A DNA stretch of 64,000 nucleotides from an uncultured Candidatus Poseidoniales archaeon (GTDB lineage Archaea > Thermoplasmatota > Poseidoniia > Poseidoniales > Poseidoniaceae). The DNA lies in NCBI GenBank assembly GCA_905181715.1, contig CAJIYT010000006.1, forward strand, positions 6,315 to 70,314. Reading direction: 5' to 3'. The position numbers and the translations under genes were made by a program. This document shows, piece by piece, positions 9,650-19,974 of this stretch (position 1 is its first letter; each line of letters begins with the position of its first letter). The notes below the pieces were generated by a model, which was not told where the DNA came from, searched no databases, and worked only from the letters and a program-made list of their open reading frames with translations.

Positions 9650-12600
9650 ATGCGAGGCATCTACGCGGTCCTACTTACAATATTGATTTTGACATCTACA
9701 ATTCTACCACTGGTAGATGCGGCAGATACCGTCACTGCTGGCGATGACGTAATGTCGGGCATAGAAGTGCTTGACGGCAATTATACCGTTAGCGCTGGTG
9801 ATACGTTGACTATCGCTGCCGGAACAACTCTTGATGCTAAGGATTATTGGATATTAGTCGAAGGCTCACTGGTCGCTACAGATGCTACATTTTTCTCATC
9901 GACTCCAGGTTCAGGTCAGAACGGCACTTCTGCCGGGGTTTGGAATGGAATAATAATCGCACCTGATGGAGATGCCGTGCTAGACGGAGTTACAATTTCT
10001 GATGCTCGAACTTGTATTTCTGTCGCTGGCCGCTTGGATGCTACTACCCTTACACTTTCGCATTGCTTGATTGGTATGGAAATTTCCGGTACTGCGAATC
10101 TTACAGGACTTAACGGAATCGACCTTCAGTCGGAAGGAATAAGGAACACTGGAACTCTAAATATTACAGATTCAAATATTTCTAATACCGGTATGGCAAT
10201 TTCCTCGTCAGGCAATCTCGATGTTGATAATCTTGATATTGTAGATTCTGGAGCAGGGGTATATGTCACTGCAGGTAGTGCAACAATCGACAATCTCGAA
10301 GTGGTAAACCTCTCGATGGGATTACACGTCGAAGATGGAGTAAGCGGTTATATGACTGGTATGACCGGAGAAAGAAACGTATTGGCAATAGATGCTGGAG
10401 ATAGTTCTAACTTCCCTTTCCAAGATATTTCTTTGGGAGCAGAACGACTCCTTCAAGCATGGAACCCAGGGGATATATCAGTTTCTAACGCACATATCAA
10501 CGGTTCTTTCAATAGCGAAAGAGCAGCAATCGATATCGTTTCAGACGCGAAAGTTTCCTTTACAGATTTCACTCTAGCCAATGTCAGCCATGGGATTGAC
10601 ATTACCGGGACAGGAGAGTATAATTTCAATAATTCGTTAATCACATCATCCGGTCTTGGAATTCAAGCATCTGGTAGCCTATCCCTCGGTATCGACACCA
10701 TGGTCGCCGAAGTCGATCAGACAGGAATGATTCTTAGCGAAATAGACAGCGTATTAACCGACGTAACAATCAATATCAGTTCAGTGGGAGACAATGGCAT
10801 CGAACTCTTGTTTGGCAATCATAATATCAACAATCTGGAAATAAATAAACCATATAATTCTCAAGAACACGATTCTATTGGTATGCATGCATGGTTGACA
10901 AATTCGCTAACAGTTTCCGATCAAATGAATATCAGCGGGTTTGCCACAGGGTTAAGATTAGAAGACGGTAAAATGACTATTGATGATCTTAATGCAGGAC
11001 TCTCAGAGGACCTCTCTCTCGATATAATCAACAGCGAATTAATTATTACAGGACTCCTTTCAACCAGTGCGGCCGCAATGGCGATTATCCTTAGCGAAGA
11101 ATCTACGATCACAGTAACGAATTGGGCTTCTCAATACCATGCAGATGGAATTACTATCGGCGGATCAAGTACTGCTTCGATTAGGGCATGGACAGTATTC
11201 AATACCGCTGGCACTGATGCAAGTGGAACAGGAGTTCTATATCATCCCGTCATCGATTCCCCAGATATCGCCGAAAGTCTAGACTCGGCGGTTCTCAGTG
11301 AGACAGCAATAACAATCACGGATTTATCAGATGTAGGTATACCTGCTGTGGTTGAAGTTCACGGCTTCATTGGCACAGCTGCTGGCGATGGCACAATCAC
11401 CATCCCACTAACTGCAGGTGGAAGTACGGTTGTTGCAACCCATCAAAATGTAGGGGCAAGTGATTCTCTGAGTAGCGGGATTAGCGCCCAAGTCCTAAGA
11501 GTGCCAATAATACCAGATGGAGACTGGACTATTTCAGCAGGACAATCTGTTGTATTGAGTGCCCCTGCTGACGACTCATCACACATTGCTGATGGCAATA
11601 TCACCATCGAAGGTGGTGGAAGCCTCTTTTTGCAAGGTTCAACCCTTGAAATGCCCAGCGGCACTACTTTGACTGTAATCGGAAGCGGAATATTTGGTGG
11701 TGCTGATGCAACTCTTGCGGGAGGAAATGTTTCAGTTGCAGAAACCTATGCTATCGCTAATACCGGTTCGTTGACCATCAAAGAAAACCTTAGTTGGAGT
11801 TGTAATGGCTTGGCAGAGGCCTCAGGAATAACCGTTGAGGGTAACCTTGAGATTAACGGAGGCACGGGCTGTATGGTGAAGATCACTGACGGCGAAGTCC
11901 AAGGAACGGTTACGGTATATTCTGATAGTGAATTACAGATACACACTTCTCTGCAAGTAACAGTTCTCGACAAAGGAGAGCCAGTTGAGGGAGCAACCGT
12001 CAATGTCAATGGTAATCTCGCTAGTACCGATTCTACAGGTATTGTAGTTTATTCAACAGCTTCGAGAACCGTTGATTCTACGGGAGAGCAATGGGCTGGC
12101 CGTCTGGATGTATCCATCAACAGCAACAACCTTCCTGAGATGTTTACTTGGGACACCAATTACTCGATGAATTACCAATTCATGGCTTCTACTATTGCGC
12201 CAGGTTCCATTACTGAATGGATGGTACTCGAAAGAGTGTGGAGCCCATATCATTTACAGGGTGATTTAACGATTCCAAGCGGTGAAACTCTTACGGTTAG
12301 AGACGGTGTTCATCTTAGGGTAGGCGATGGTGATTCGATTATTGTCGAGGGTACTGCTGACATCGGTTCTGCGGTAATAACCTCGGTAGGAAACTCGGCC
12401 CGTTGGGGTGGATTTGAGACCGGTTTCGATGCAGACTCCGCATTATATCTCACAGGCACTCAAATCGCTGAAGCAGCACCAGGAATCACGATGAATGGCT
12501 TAAGCAAAATCGAACTACAATCAGTATTGATATCTCGGTCAGGATCTTCAGACCCATTGATTCGCACTACTGCGGCATCAAGCGGAACTTTCGACATTAC

Positions 12601-14266
12601 TGATAGTGAGCTGAACCAAGGCGGTAGCGGCTGTATCGAATCCCAAGGAGCGATAATTTTAACGATGAATAGCGTAGAATTGAAATCCTGTTCAGGCCCA
12701 GCTCTTTGGGCACAGGGAATAGAGGCAGACTTCATGGATTTGGTAATTGGTAGTGGCTCTTCAATTGGTCTAGATTTGACTGCAGTCATGGGAACGATTG
12801 CAGGAGTTGAAACATCTTTGCACGATGGTAATAGCGAGGCAATAAAGGTAAACCTTGCAGAGGACTTACACCTGTCGGGCCTTAATCTCTCAGCACCTCA
12901 AGATACTGCATTGAAAGTTGTCAATAGTAAAAATCTGGTTGTAAATGGTTTGAATATACTTACCGCACCAGGAATAAAAATAGATTCTACTACCGGTGAA
13001 TTCGCCGGTATGTCGATCGATTGTGGCGGTACTGGAACAGCGGTATCTGTTACATCTCTTCGTACATCTGGCGCCATTTCCTTTGCCGGATCAGGGATTA
13101 GTTCCTGTGATACAGGAATCGAAGTAACATCGGTATCCGAATATAATTCAGCAGTGACATTTAGCGATTTAGAAATCGTCGCTACAATTACATTATCTGT
13201 CGACGGAGTAGATATCTACAGCAAAGACGGGTCCTTTACCGGCGAAATACAATGCGCAAACGCTACAGTCGATTTAATCGACGCGGAGACGACAACCACA
13301 ACGGTTTCTTCGGGTGAGATTAGGCTTTGGAATAGTTATATTGTGCAAGCAACCCTGTATGGAGATGTTGTTAGTGCAAGCTTTTCAGTCGATAATGGCG
13401 ACGGAGGGTGGTCAACAGAATTTAGTGGCAGTAGTACAGAAGTACTCATCCCGTATGCAGTAATATCTAGTTCCGGAGAAAACACATCTGATTCAGCGTC
13501 ATTCACAGTAATGGCTGACGGAGCATCTCCAATGACGCAAAACATAGCGGTTGGCCCAACCGTAGACAATCTAATCACAATAATTCTGACTGGCAATTCA
13601 GCACCATCAGTTACCATCCTTAGTCCATCTAGTGATTCTAAATTGATGGAAGGCGGATACTTCATGGCGTCAGCAGAAGTAAGTGACGATGTCTCTCAGA
13701 CTGAGAATATGATAATCACTTGGCAACTTAGCGATGACACGGGAGTATTGATCGAGGAGAAAACCGGCTTGACTGCCAACTTCACCAACCTTCAACCTGG
13801 TACTTTCTTACTAACACTATCTGCAGAAGACCAGCAAGGCATGGCTAATACAACCAGTGTTGCCATTGTCGTAACTTTACTCGATAGCGATGGAGACTGG
13901 ATCGATACTTGCAGCGATGCAACTTGGTTTGATTCACTGGTAAGTATCCATTGCGGACCAGACGTATATGATGAGGACGACGATAACGATGGCTATTATG
14001 ATGAACAAGATCAATGGCCTAGAGACCCATGTGCGGCCCTAGATACCGATAGAGACGGTCAGCCGAATAGCATTGATTGTCCAGAGGGTTATTCTACACT
14101 TCTCGTCGAAGACCAAGATGATGACAACGATGGAACCCCCGATATATTAGAGGGAGCAATATCCGGGCAAGATGATAGTTCTACTCCGGTAACACTGATT
14201 CTTGGAATTGGATTGATTATCATATTGGCAGGAATCATATTTTCACGAATGCGAAAAGAGGAATGA
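9650..14266 (+). CDS. Large secreted, C-terminally anchored surface protein with parallel beta-helix-like repeats, a PKD/Ig-like domain and TSP3-like repeats
   Basis: N-terminal signal peptide; long I/G/S/T/N-rich beta-helix-like blocks; NSAPSVTILSP...F.LTL.AED.QG Ig domain; DDDNDG/DTDRDG repeats; TM plus RMRKEE tail. Confidence 0.8.
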   Translation: MRGIYAVLLTILILTSTILPLVDAADTVTAGDDVMSGIEVLDGNYTVSAGDTLTIAAGTTLDAKDYWILVEGSLVATDATFFSSTPGSGQNGTSAGVWNGIIIAPDGDAVLDGVTISDARTCISVAGRLDATTLTLSHCLIGMEISGTANLTGLNGIDLQSEGIRNTGTLNITDSNISNTGMAISSSGNLDVDNLDIVDSGAGVYVTAGSATIDNLEVVNLSMGLHVEDGVSGYMTGMTGERNVLAIDAGDSSNFPFQDISLGAERLLQAWNPGDISVSNAHINGSFNSERAAIDIVSDAKVSFTDFTLANVSHGIDITGTGEYNFNNSLITSSGLGIQASGSLSLGIDTMVAEVDQTGMILSEIDSVLTDVTINISSVGDNGIELLFGNHNINNLEINKPYNSQEHDSIGMHAWLTNSLTVSDQMNISGFATGLRLEDGKMTIDDLNAGLSEDLSLDIINSELIITGLLSTSAAAMAIILSEESTITVTNWASQYHADGITIGGSSTASIRAWTVFNTAGTDASGTGVLYHPVIDSPDIAESLDSAVLSETAITITDLSDVGIPAVVEVHGFIGTAAGDGTITIPLTAGGSTVVATHQNVGASDSLSSGISAQVLRVPIIPDGDWTISAGQSVVLSAPADDSSHIADGNITIEGGGSLFLQGSTLEMPSGTTLTVIGSGIFGGADATLAGGNVSVAETYAIANTGSLTIKENLSWSCNGLAEASGITVEGNLEINGGTGCMVKITDGEVQGTVTVYSDSELQIHTSLQVTVLDKGEPVEGATVNVNGNLASTDSTGIVVYSTASRTVDSTGEQWAGRLDVSINSNNLPEMFTWDTNYSMNYQFMASTIAPGSITEWMVLERVWSPYHLQGDLTIPSGETLTVRDGVHLRVGDGDSIIVEGTADIGSAVITSVGNSARWGGFETGFDADSALYLTGTQIAEAAPGITMNGLSKIELQSVLISRSGSSDPLIRTTAASSGTFDITDSELNQGGSGCIESQGAIILTMNSVELKSCSGPALWAQGIEADFMDLVIGSGSSIGLDLTAVMGTIAGVETSLHDGNSEAIKVNLAEDLHLSGLNLSAPQDTALKVVNSKNLVVNGLNILTAPGIKIDSTTGEFAGMSIDCGGTGTAVSVTSLRTSGAISFAGSGISSCDTGIEVTSVSEYNSAVTFSDLEIVATITLSVDGVDIYSKDGSFTGEIQCANATVDLIDAETTTTTVSSGEIRLWNSYIVQATLYGDVVSASFSVDNGDGGWSTEFSGSSTEVLIPYAVISSSGENTSDSASFTVMADGASPMTQNIAVGPTVDNLITIILTGNSAPSVTILSPSSDSKLMEGGYFMASAEVSDDVSQTENMIITWQLSDDTGVLIEEKTGLTANFTNLQPGTFLLTLSAEDQQGMANTTSVAIVVTLLDSDGDWIDTCSDATWFDSLVSIHCGPDVYDEDDDNDGYYDEQDQWPRDPCAALDTDRDGQPNSIDCPEGYSTLLVEDQDDDNDGTPDILEGAISGQDDSSTPVTLILGIGLIIILAGIIFSRMRKEE

Positions 14267-14267
14267 T

Positions 14268-14801
14268 ATGTCGACCACCACCTTACCAGACCCGAATCTT
14301 TTCGCTGGGACTATGGTAGGGGTATTGGCCTTAATTGTAGCGTGGGATGCCTGGGCTCTATCTAGAACCAGAAGCGATATCCCAGTCATCGGCGAATTGG
14401 CAAATGGGGGTTATGCTTGGCAAAGTGAAGGCCCACAGGAAGTGATTAGACAATGGGGCAATCTGTTCGCAATGGCGGCAATGATAGCCCTTCCCTGGGC
14501 ATTGGCCGAAGCATCATCAACCATGATGTGGTGGGTTATTCTATGGGATATTCTCCTCTCACTTCATCTCATTTCACTAATGATTGCAAAACGATATGCA
14601 ATTACTTCAACTCATTTATTTGCCGATGGTCAGCGCTATGATTGGCATCGTTTGCGAATGCCAATCAGTCAACCAAAGCGACGAATAATGTTGCAAAGAA
14701 AGGGCTGGAGTATCTTTGCACCTCTTCCTTTAGGCGGTAACCCGGATATGCTGAGAATTGCTCGTAGTCGTATCCGTGCTATTCTCGACGAAGAAGAATA
14801 A
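14268..14801 (+). CDS. Hypothetical membrane protein (about 3 TM plus a small PH-like C-terminal domain)
   Basis: Hydrophobic helices; YAITSTHLFADGQRYDWHRL tail; starts 1 nt after the upstream stop. Confidence 0.7.
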   Translation: MSTTTLPDPNLFAGTMVGVLALIVAWDAWALSRTRSDIPVIGELANGGYAWQSEGPQEVIRQWGNLFAMAAMIALPWALAEASSTMMWWVILWDILLSLHLISLMIAKRYAITSTHLFADGQRYDWHRLRMPISQPKRRIMLQRKGWSIFAPLPLGGNPDMLRIARSRIRAILDEEE

Positions 14802-14839
14802 TGGCAATCACAAAAGGCAGTCACCTCTTGGCTTGACTC

Positions 14840-15268
14840 ATGGAGTGGACACGTAGTGGGGATGATTTGTTTATTCGCCTTGATCCCGGGGAAGAAATTC
14901 ATCAGAAGTTATGCGAACTGACCGACGAGATTGGTATTAACGCAGCAGCGATAACCAGTGGTATTGGACGCACTCGAGAGAACATCTATGGCTACATGAA
15001 TGAGGAAGGGGTTTATCAGCGCAGAGACCTAGTTTCACCTTCAGAATTAGTCAGTCTTTCTGGAAACATAGCTCGAACCGAAGAAGGTGCAGCCTTCACC
15101 CATATCCATTGCTGCTGGTCAGACGACGACAACAACGTTCACGCGGGACACATGTTCCAAGCCACAGTTCACGTAGTCGCTGAAATACATATTAGGATAT
15201 TATCCAATTCGATAATGACCCGTTGTCCATTAGCAGATTTCGAACTTCTAGGCTTACAATTTTCGTGA
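14840..15268 (+). CDS. PPC / DUF296 domain protein
   Basis: FIRLDPGEEI...AAITSGIG, ELVSLSGNI, HIHCCWSD...VHAGHM match the PPC His motifs. Confidence 0.88.
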   Translation: MEWTRSGDDLFIRLDPGEEIHQKLCELTDEIGINAAAITSGIGRTRENIYGYMNEEGVYQRRDLVSPSELVSLSGNIARTEEGAAFTHIHCCWSDDDNNVHAGHMFQATVHVVAEIHIRILSNSIMTRCPLADFELLGLQFS

Positions 15269-15299
15269 TGTTCATATCCTGTTGCATAGGTGAACTAAC

Positions 15300-17324
15300 A
15301 TGGCCGGAGCGGAGCGAATCCAACATCTGGCCGAGGCGGTCAGATATCATCGTGAATTGTATTACAATCACGCCGCTCCAGAGATAAGTGATGCAGAATT
15401 CGACACTCTTTGGGACGAATTAGAGCAATTAGATCCTGATAACGATGTTTTACATCAAGTAGGACCTGAACCATTACCAGGGACTGTGAAAGTAGAACAT
15501 ATCTTCCCAATGCGGTCTTTAGATAAAGGAACTTCAGATGAAGATATAGTTCATTTCGTCACTCAGTCTACCTCTGGTGGGGAACGATATTTGGCCCAAC
15601 CAAAATTGGACGGTTCAGCATTATCACTCGAGTATATCGCCGGTAATCTTCACAGGGCTGCTACCAGAGGTAGTGGGGAGAAAGGAGAAGATGTGACCTT
15701 GAATGCCAAGTTAGTTGCAAATATTCCTATGCGTCTAAACCACCCAGTCGATTGTCATGTACGAGGAGAGGTGGTTATGCCCCTAGCGGTTTTCGAAGAG
15801 AAATATAGAGATATTTCACCGAATCCTCGGAATTTATGTTCAGGCGCATTACGCCAAAAACATGGGGATGGAAAGGCTGATGCTTCAGATTTGGTATTTT
15901 GTGCTTATGATGTAAAATTCGTTAACAACCCGCCTACTGCAAGATATGATAGTGAATTATTGAGTTGGTTGCAGAAGGTAGGCATCGAGCCCGCACCATG
16001 GCAAATCTTTGATTCTGAAACACCGAATAAAGAAATGATTGAATATACCAAAGAATGGAGTATGAGAAGATCTTCATACGAATTCGAAATCGATGGAATC
16101 GTATTCAAATTAGATGATCTTGCGCAGCGTGAAAATTTAGGGATGACCGCTCATCACCCGCGCTGGGCATTGGCATGGAAATTCCCTTCTCAGGAAGCCC
16201 ACTCTGTTCTTTTGGATGTTGATTGGCAAACGGGAAGGACTGGGGCGGTAACTCCAGTCGCTAGAATCGCCCCTCAAATGGTAGGCGGCGTAACCGTTGA
16301 AAACGTTACACTGCATAATGTAGGGGAGGTTGAACGATTAGGAGTTAGAATCGGAGACAAAGTTACAATCACTCGTAGAGGAGACGTGATTCCGAAAATA
16401 ATTGAGAACCTCGGGCCAGCCTCAGATGCAGATTTACAAGATAGATTCCATGCCGACGGAAGCGCTTTTATCGGTAAATTGGTTATTGGGGAAATAAAAA
16501 TCCCAGCCGATTGTCCAGCCTGTAACAGGACGCTAAGCATGGAGGGTGCATTTCTTCGATGTATCGACCTAGAATGTGATGCTCGAACAACTCGGGCATT
16601 GACGTATTGGTGTCGTACGTTGGAGATGGATGGAATAGGGGGTAAGTTGATTGAAGCCTTGCTAGAAAATGGACTAGTGATAACAATCGCCGACTTATAT
16701 CGCCTCAGTCATACACAAATAGCGACTCTCGAAAGGATGGGGGAAAAATCAGCAACCAATGTAATCGAAGAGATACATTCTTCGCGTGAAATGGGATTAT
16801 CACAATTCCTTCACGCACTCGGCATGCCACGCATCGGACCAGAAGTAGCAACTGCAATAGCACAACATTTCGTTTCTCTTGAAGCGCTTCTTATGTGGGC
16901 GAACAAGGGAGAGTCAGATTCGCTTACCGTCATAGATGGAATTGGCGATAAAGTAGCTGAGATTTTCCTTCAGGGGATACTCGACCGTCTTTCTTTGATC
17001 ACCGACCTCACCTCACACTTACTTATTTCATCTGAGAAAGCAGCCAGTATCGGGGTCTTTAGTGGGAAGAATTTCTGCATCACCGGTTCGCTTACTCAAC
17101 CACGCAAGCAAATCCAGGAACGAATAAAGAAGGCAGGAGGAAAGATTGTTAGTAGCGTGGGAGCTAATCTCGACATCCTCATTGCCGGAGAAAAAGCTGG
17201 CAGTAAATTGGCTAAGGCTGAATCTTTAGGGGTCGAAGTATGGAGCGAGGAAAAACTGGATTTGAAACTCAACGGGGAGGATCAAACTATTCCAGCCTCT
17301 GCCAAGACAATCTTCGATTACTGA
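15300..17324 (+). CDS. ligA: NAD+-dependent DNA ligase (bacterial LigA type)
   Basis: YY...PEISDAEFD, KLDG adenylation motif, TRGSG..GEDVT, EVRG-like VRGEV, NPRN, DGIVFK, PRWALAWKF, GRTG..TP, Zn finger CPAC..C....C, HhH repeats, C-terminal BRCT (FCITGSL...GSKLAKA). Confidence 0.97.
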   Translation: MAGAERIQHLAEAVRYHRELYYNHAAPEISDAEFDTLWDELEQLDPDNDVLHQVGPEPLPGTVKVEHIFPMRSLDKGTSDEDIVHFVTQSTSGGERYLAQPKLDGSALSLEYIAGNLHRAATRGSGEKGEDVTLNAKLVANIPMRLNHPVDCHVRGEVVMPLAVFEEKYRDISPNPRNLCSGALRQKHGDGKADASDLVFCAYDVKFVNNPPTARYDSELLSWLQKVGIEPAPWQIFDSETPNKEMIEYTKEWSMRRSSYEFEIDGIVFKLDDLAQRENLGMTAHHPRWALAWKFPSQEAHSVLLDVDWQTGRTGAVTPVARIAPQMVGGVTVENVTLHNVGEVERLGVRIGDKVTITRRGDVIPKIIENLGPASDADLQDRFHADGSAFIGKLVIGEIKIPADCPACNRTLSMEGAFLRCIDLECDARTTRALTYWCRTLEMDGIGGKLIEALLENGLVITIADLYRLSHTQIATLERMGEKSATNVIEEIHSSREMGLSQFLHALGMPRIGPEVATAIAQHFVSLEALLMWANKGESDSLTVIDGIGDKVAEIFLQGILDRLSLITDLTSHLLISSEKAASIGVFSGKNFCITGSLTQPRKQIQERIKKAGGKIVSSVGANLDILIAGEKAGSKLAKAESLGVEVWSEEKLDLKLNGEDQTIPASAKTIFDY

Positions 17325-17359
17325 AGCATTCATCAAGGGCCACTTCAAGCGGTCTTCAA

Positions 17360-17433
17360 GGACCCATAGTGTAGCCTGGATATCACCCCGGCCTCCGGAG
17401 CCGGAGACCCGTGTTCGAATCGCGGTGGGTCCG
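17360..17433 (+). tRNA. tRNA-Arg(CCG)
   Basis: Acceptor GGACCCA/TGGGTCC, anticodon arm CCGGC-CT CCG GA-GCCGG, T arm CCGTG-TTCGAAT-CGCGG. Confidence 0.95.
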
Positions 17434-17498
17434 CCTTTGAAACTAATTGCGATGTAAATAATGGGTATGGTTATACTTTCAATCATTAAGCAACAGTC

Positions 17499-19973
17499 AT
17501 GCGACGCATCATGGTTATCATAGTGGCGTGTACTTTTCTATTGAGTTTGAGCACACCACTAAACCAAGCAAAGGAAACCGGTATGCCAGGAAGTACAGGT
17601 TGTTCTTGTCATGGCACTGCTGGATCGGTAACATTTGCTCTTGTAGGACATCCGAATGAATACACCGCTGGGGCAACGTATAGTTTGTCTTTGGAATTAA
17701 CAGGGAGCCAGACAGGAACTGTTGGTGGCTTTTCTTTCATTGTTTCAAAAGGAACTTTCAGTAACGGAGGACCGGGGATATTACTTGCTGGCAATGAGGC
17801 CTCACATACTAATAGCGATAACAGAGCTTGGACATTTGACTGGGTTGCGCCTGGCACAGGTTCGGGCTTGATAACCTTCGATGCTTATGGCGTAACTGCG
17901 GATAATTCATCGACCAGTACTGGCGATAATTGGAATTCAGAGACTTGGCTTTCCTTGGAATCCCCTGCTGTTTCCAATGAGCCCCCAGTAGCTAACAATG
18001 TTATTTTATCGCCAACCAATGCTAAATCAACAGACGATTTGACAGTCACCTATACCTATTCTGATCCCGAGAACGACCCCGAATCTGGAACGATTATCGA
18101 GTGGTACAAAGATGGTATGAAACAAGTTTCACAATCAGGAAACGTCGTTTCAAAAACATTAACCGGGAAGGGCGAGATTTGGTCTGCCCAAGTCATTCCT
18201 AACGATGGAAACGAGGCAGGGGAATCAAGCGAATCGAATTCACTTACAATACTCAACGGCGCACCTTCGATAACTATTGCTTCAATCAGCCCAGATAAAC
18301 CGACAGCAGATCAGGCTCTGTCGTTATTACATACCGCAGAAGATCCAGATGGGGACTCGACAACAATAACCGGCATACGTTGGTTTGTTGACGGTTCAAA
18401 GGTTGACACACTGGACGATGAAAGCCAGGTTCCAGTAATCGCTACCCGTGCGGGTGATATTTGGCACGCCCAGTTGCTGATTAGTGATGGCGAATTAAAC
18501 AGTGATTGGTTCACTACGGATTCCATTGTCATCAATGGTACCAATACCGCACCAGTGGTTGATTCTGTAACAATAAGTCCAACCTCTCCAACAACGACAG
18601 ATGATTTAGACGCCGATTGGGCTTTTTCCGATGCGGAATCCGACTCTATTACAAACTGGCAACTCCGTTGGAAAATCGACGATGTAATCTCTCAAAATCA
18701 TGATGGTAAAGAGATAATTTCTTCCGAACAAACCAGTAAAGGACAGTCATGGAAAGTGGGTATAAAGGTATTTGATGGTACAGATTGGTCACAAGAGGTT
18801 TGGTCAAGTGCCGTGGTAATAGGCAATACTCCACCCGTGCTAAATACACTTTCATTAAAGCCAGATATAGCTCAAATCAGCGATTCAATAGACTATGATT
18901 ACACTTTTACCGATGTAGATAACGATGCGATAATACAAACTGAAGAGACATGGTATGTCGATAATACCGTAGTGGATAACATCGCCTCTTTACCCGCCGA
19001 TTTCAAATTAAGTGATATAATTAAATTAGAATTACGAATCAATGATGGTAGCGCTTGGTCAACAACAGTTTCAGCCCAAATAACTCTACAAAACACACTA
19101 CCTCTGGTCAATATTAGTAGTACAGTAGTCGAACCGGATTCATTGAGCAATTTGAACATCTCAATCGAGACAAGTGATGCGGATGGCCATAGTGTTACGA
19201 CGACAATAGTTTGGACAAAAAATGGCTATCTTGTGGCGGGATTAAACGATTCGCTTAGTGTACCTGCGGCGCTCTTGGCTCCTGGAGCAATATGGATTGC
19301 AACCGCAACTCCGGATGATGGCATAGGGCAAGGTGTAGCTGCAAGCAGGAGTTTCACAATAGGAAACATTCCGCCCATGGCGGCGATTAGCATAGAGGAA
19401 GGGAGCAAGTACGTCGGTCTCTCAATTTCATTGTCTACGACTAATTCTAGCGATCCCGATGGCATTATTGTTGACGCTAGTTGGCTGATTGAAGGGCAGA
19501 TGTATTCGGGTATTGAAATCAATTTCATTCCGACCCTGACTAGCAATCAAGTAACTCTCACGGTATATGATGATCAAGGAGCCTCACATAATGTAAGCAT
19601 CACAGTCGATGCAGTAATTCCACCAATGCCTTCTGAGGTATTAGTAGTGCAAGAGGGTAGCGGAATTCGCTTGACTTGGCAAGGAACAGCAGGACAATAT
19701 CAGATATTGAGAGATGGACAGCAAATCGCTCTTGTCGATGAAAAGACATACTTCGACGAACCTACACTTGGAGGTGAACATTCTTACCAGATCAATTCGA
19801 TAATCGATGGTTCAGTCATTGATTCAGGGCCTATCCAAAGCGCAAACATCGACATCTCAGCAATTTCCTTCGAGGAATCTAGCGATGATCTAGCCTCGCT
19901 GATTATGGCCATAGCGATGATGATTATTGGCGGGCTTGGTATCGCAGTATCTTTTGTCAATCGAGGTGATTAA
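17499..19973 (+). CDS. Secreted anchored protein: CSCH motif, Reeler/choice-of-anchor-V-like domain, five Ig-like repeats, PKD, FN3-like domain, C-terminal TM
   Basis: Signal peptide; GCSCHG; Y.AGATY...GGF...G.F...SHT...WTFDWVAP..G...F.A.G...GD; repeated N.xP.V..V.ISP...D.D.D.....W..DG units of ~95 aa; C-terminal TM. Confidence 0.8.
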   Translation: MRRIMVIIVACTFLLSLSTPLNQAKETGMPGSTGCSCHGTAGSVTFALVGHPNEYTAGATYSLSLELTGSQTGTVGGFSFIVSKGTFSNGGPGILLAGNEASHTNSDNRAWTFDWVAPGTGSGLITFDAYGVTADNSSTSTGDNWNSETWLSLESPAVSNEPPVANNVILSPTNAKSTDDLTVTYTYSDPENDPESGTIIEWYKDGMKQVSQSGNVVSKTLTGKGEIWSAQVIPNDGNEAGESSESNSLTILNGAPSITIASISPDKPTADQALSLLHTAEDPDGDSTTITGIRWFVDGSKVDTLDDESQVPVIATRAGDIWHAQLLISDGELNSDWFTTDSIVINGTNTAPVVDSVTISPTSPTTTDDLDADWAFSDAESDSITNWQLRWKIDDVISQNHDGKEIISSEQTSKGQSWKVGIKVFDGTDWSQEVWSSAVVIGNTPPVLNTLSLKPDIAQISDSIDYDYTFTDVDNDAIIQTEETWYVDNTVVDNIASLPADFKLSDIIKLELRINDGSAWSTTVSAQITLQNTLPLVNISSTVVEPDSLSNLNISIETSDADGHSVTTTIVWTKNGYLVAGLNDSLSVPAALLAPGAIWIATATPDDGIGQGVAASRSFTIGNIPPMAAISIEEGSKYVGLSISLSTTNSSDPDGIIVDASWLIEGQMYSGIEINFIPTLTSNQVTLTVYDDQGASHNVSITVDAVIPPMPSEVLVVQEGSGIRLTWQGTAGQYQILRDGQQIALVDEKTYFDEPTLGGEHSYQINSIIDGSVIDSGPIQSANIDISAISFEESSDDLASLIMAIAMMIIGGLGIAVSFVNRGD

Positions 19974-19974
19974 A

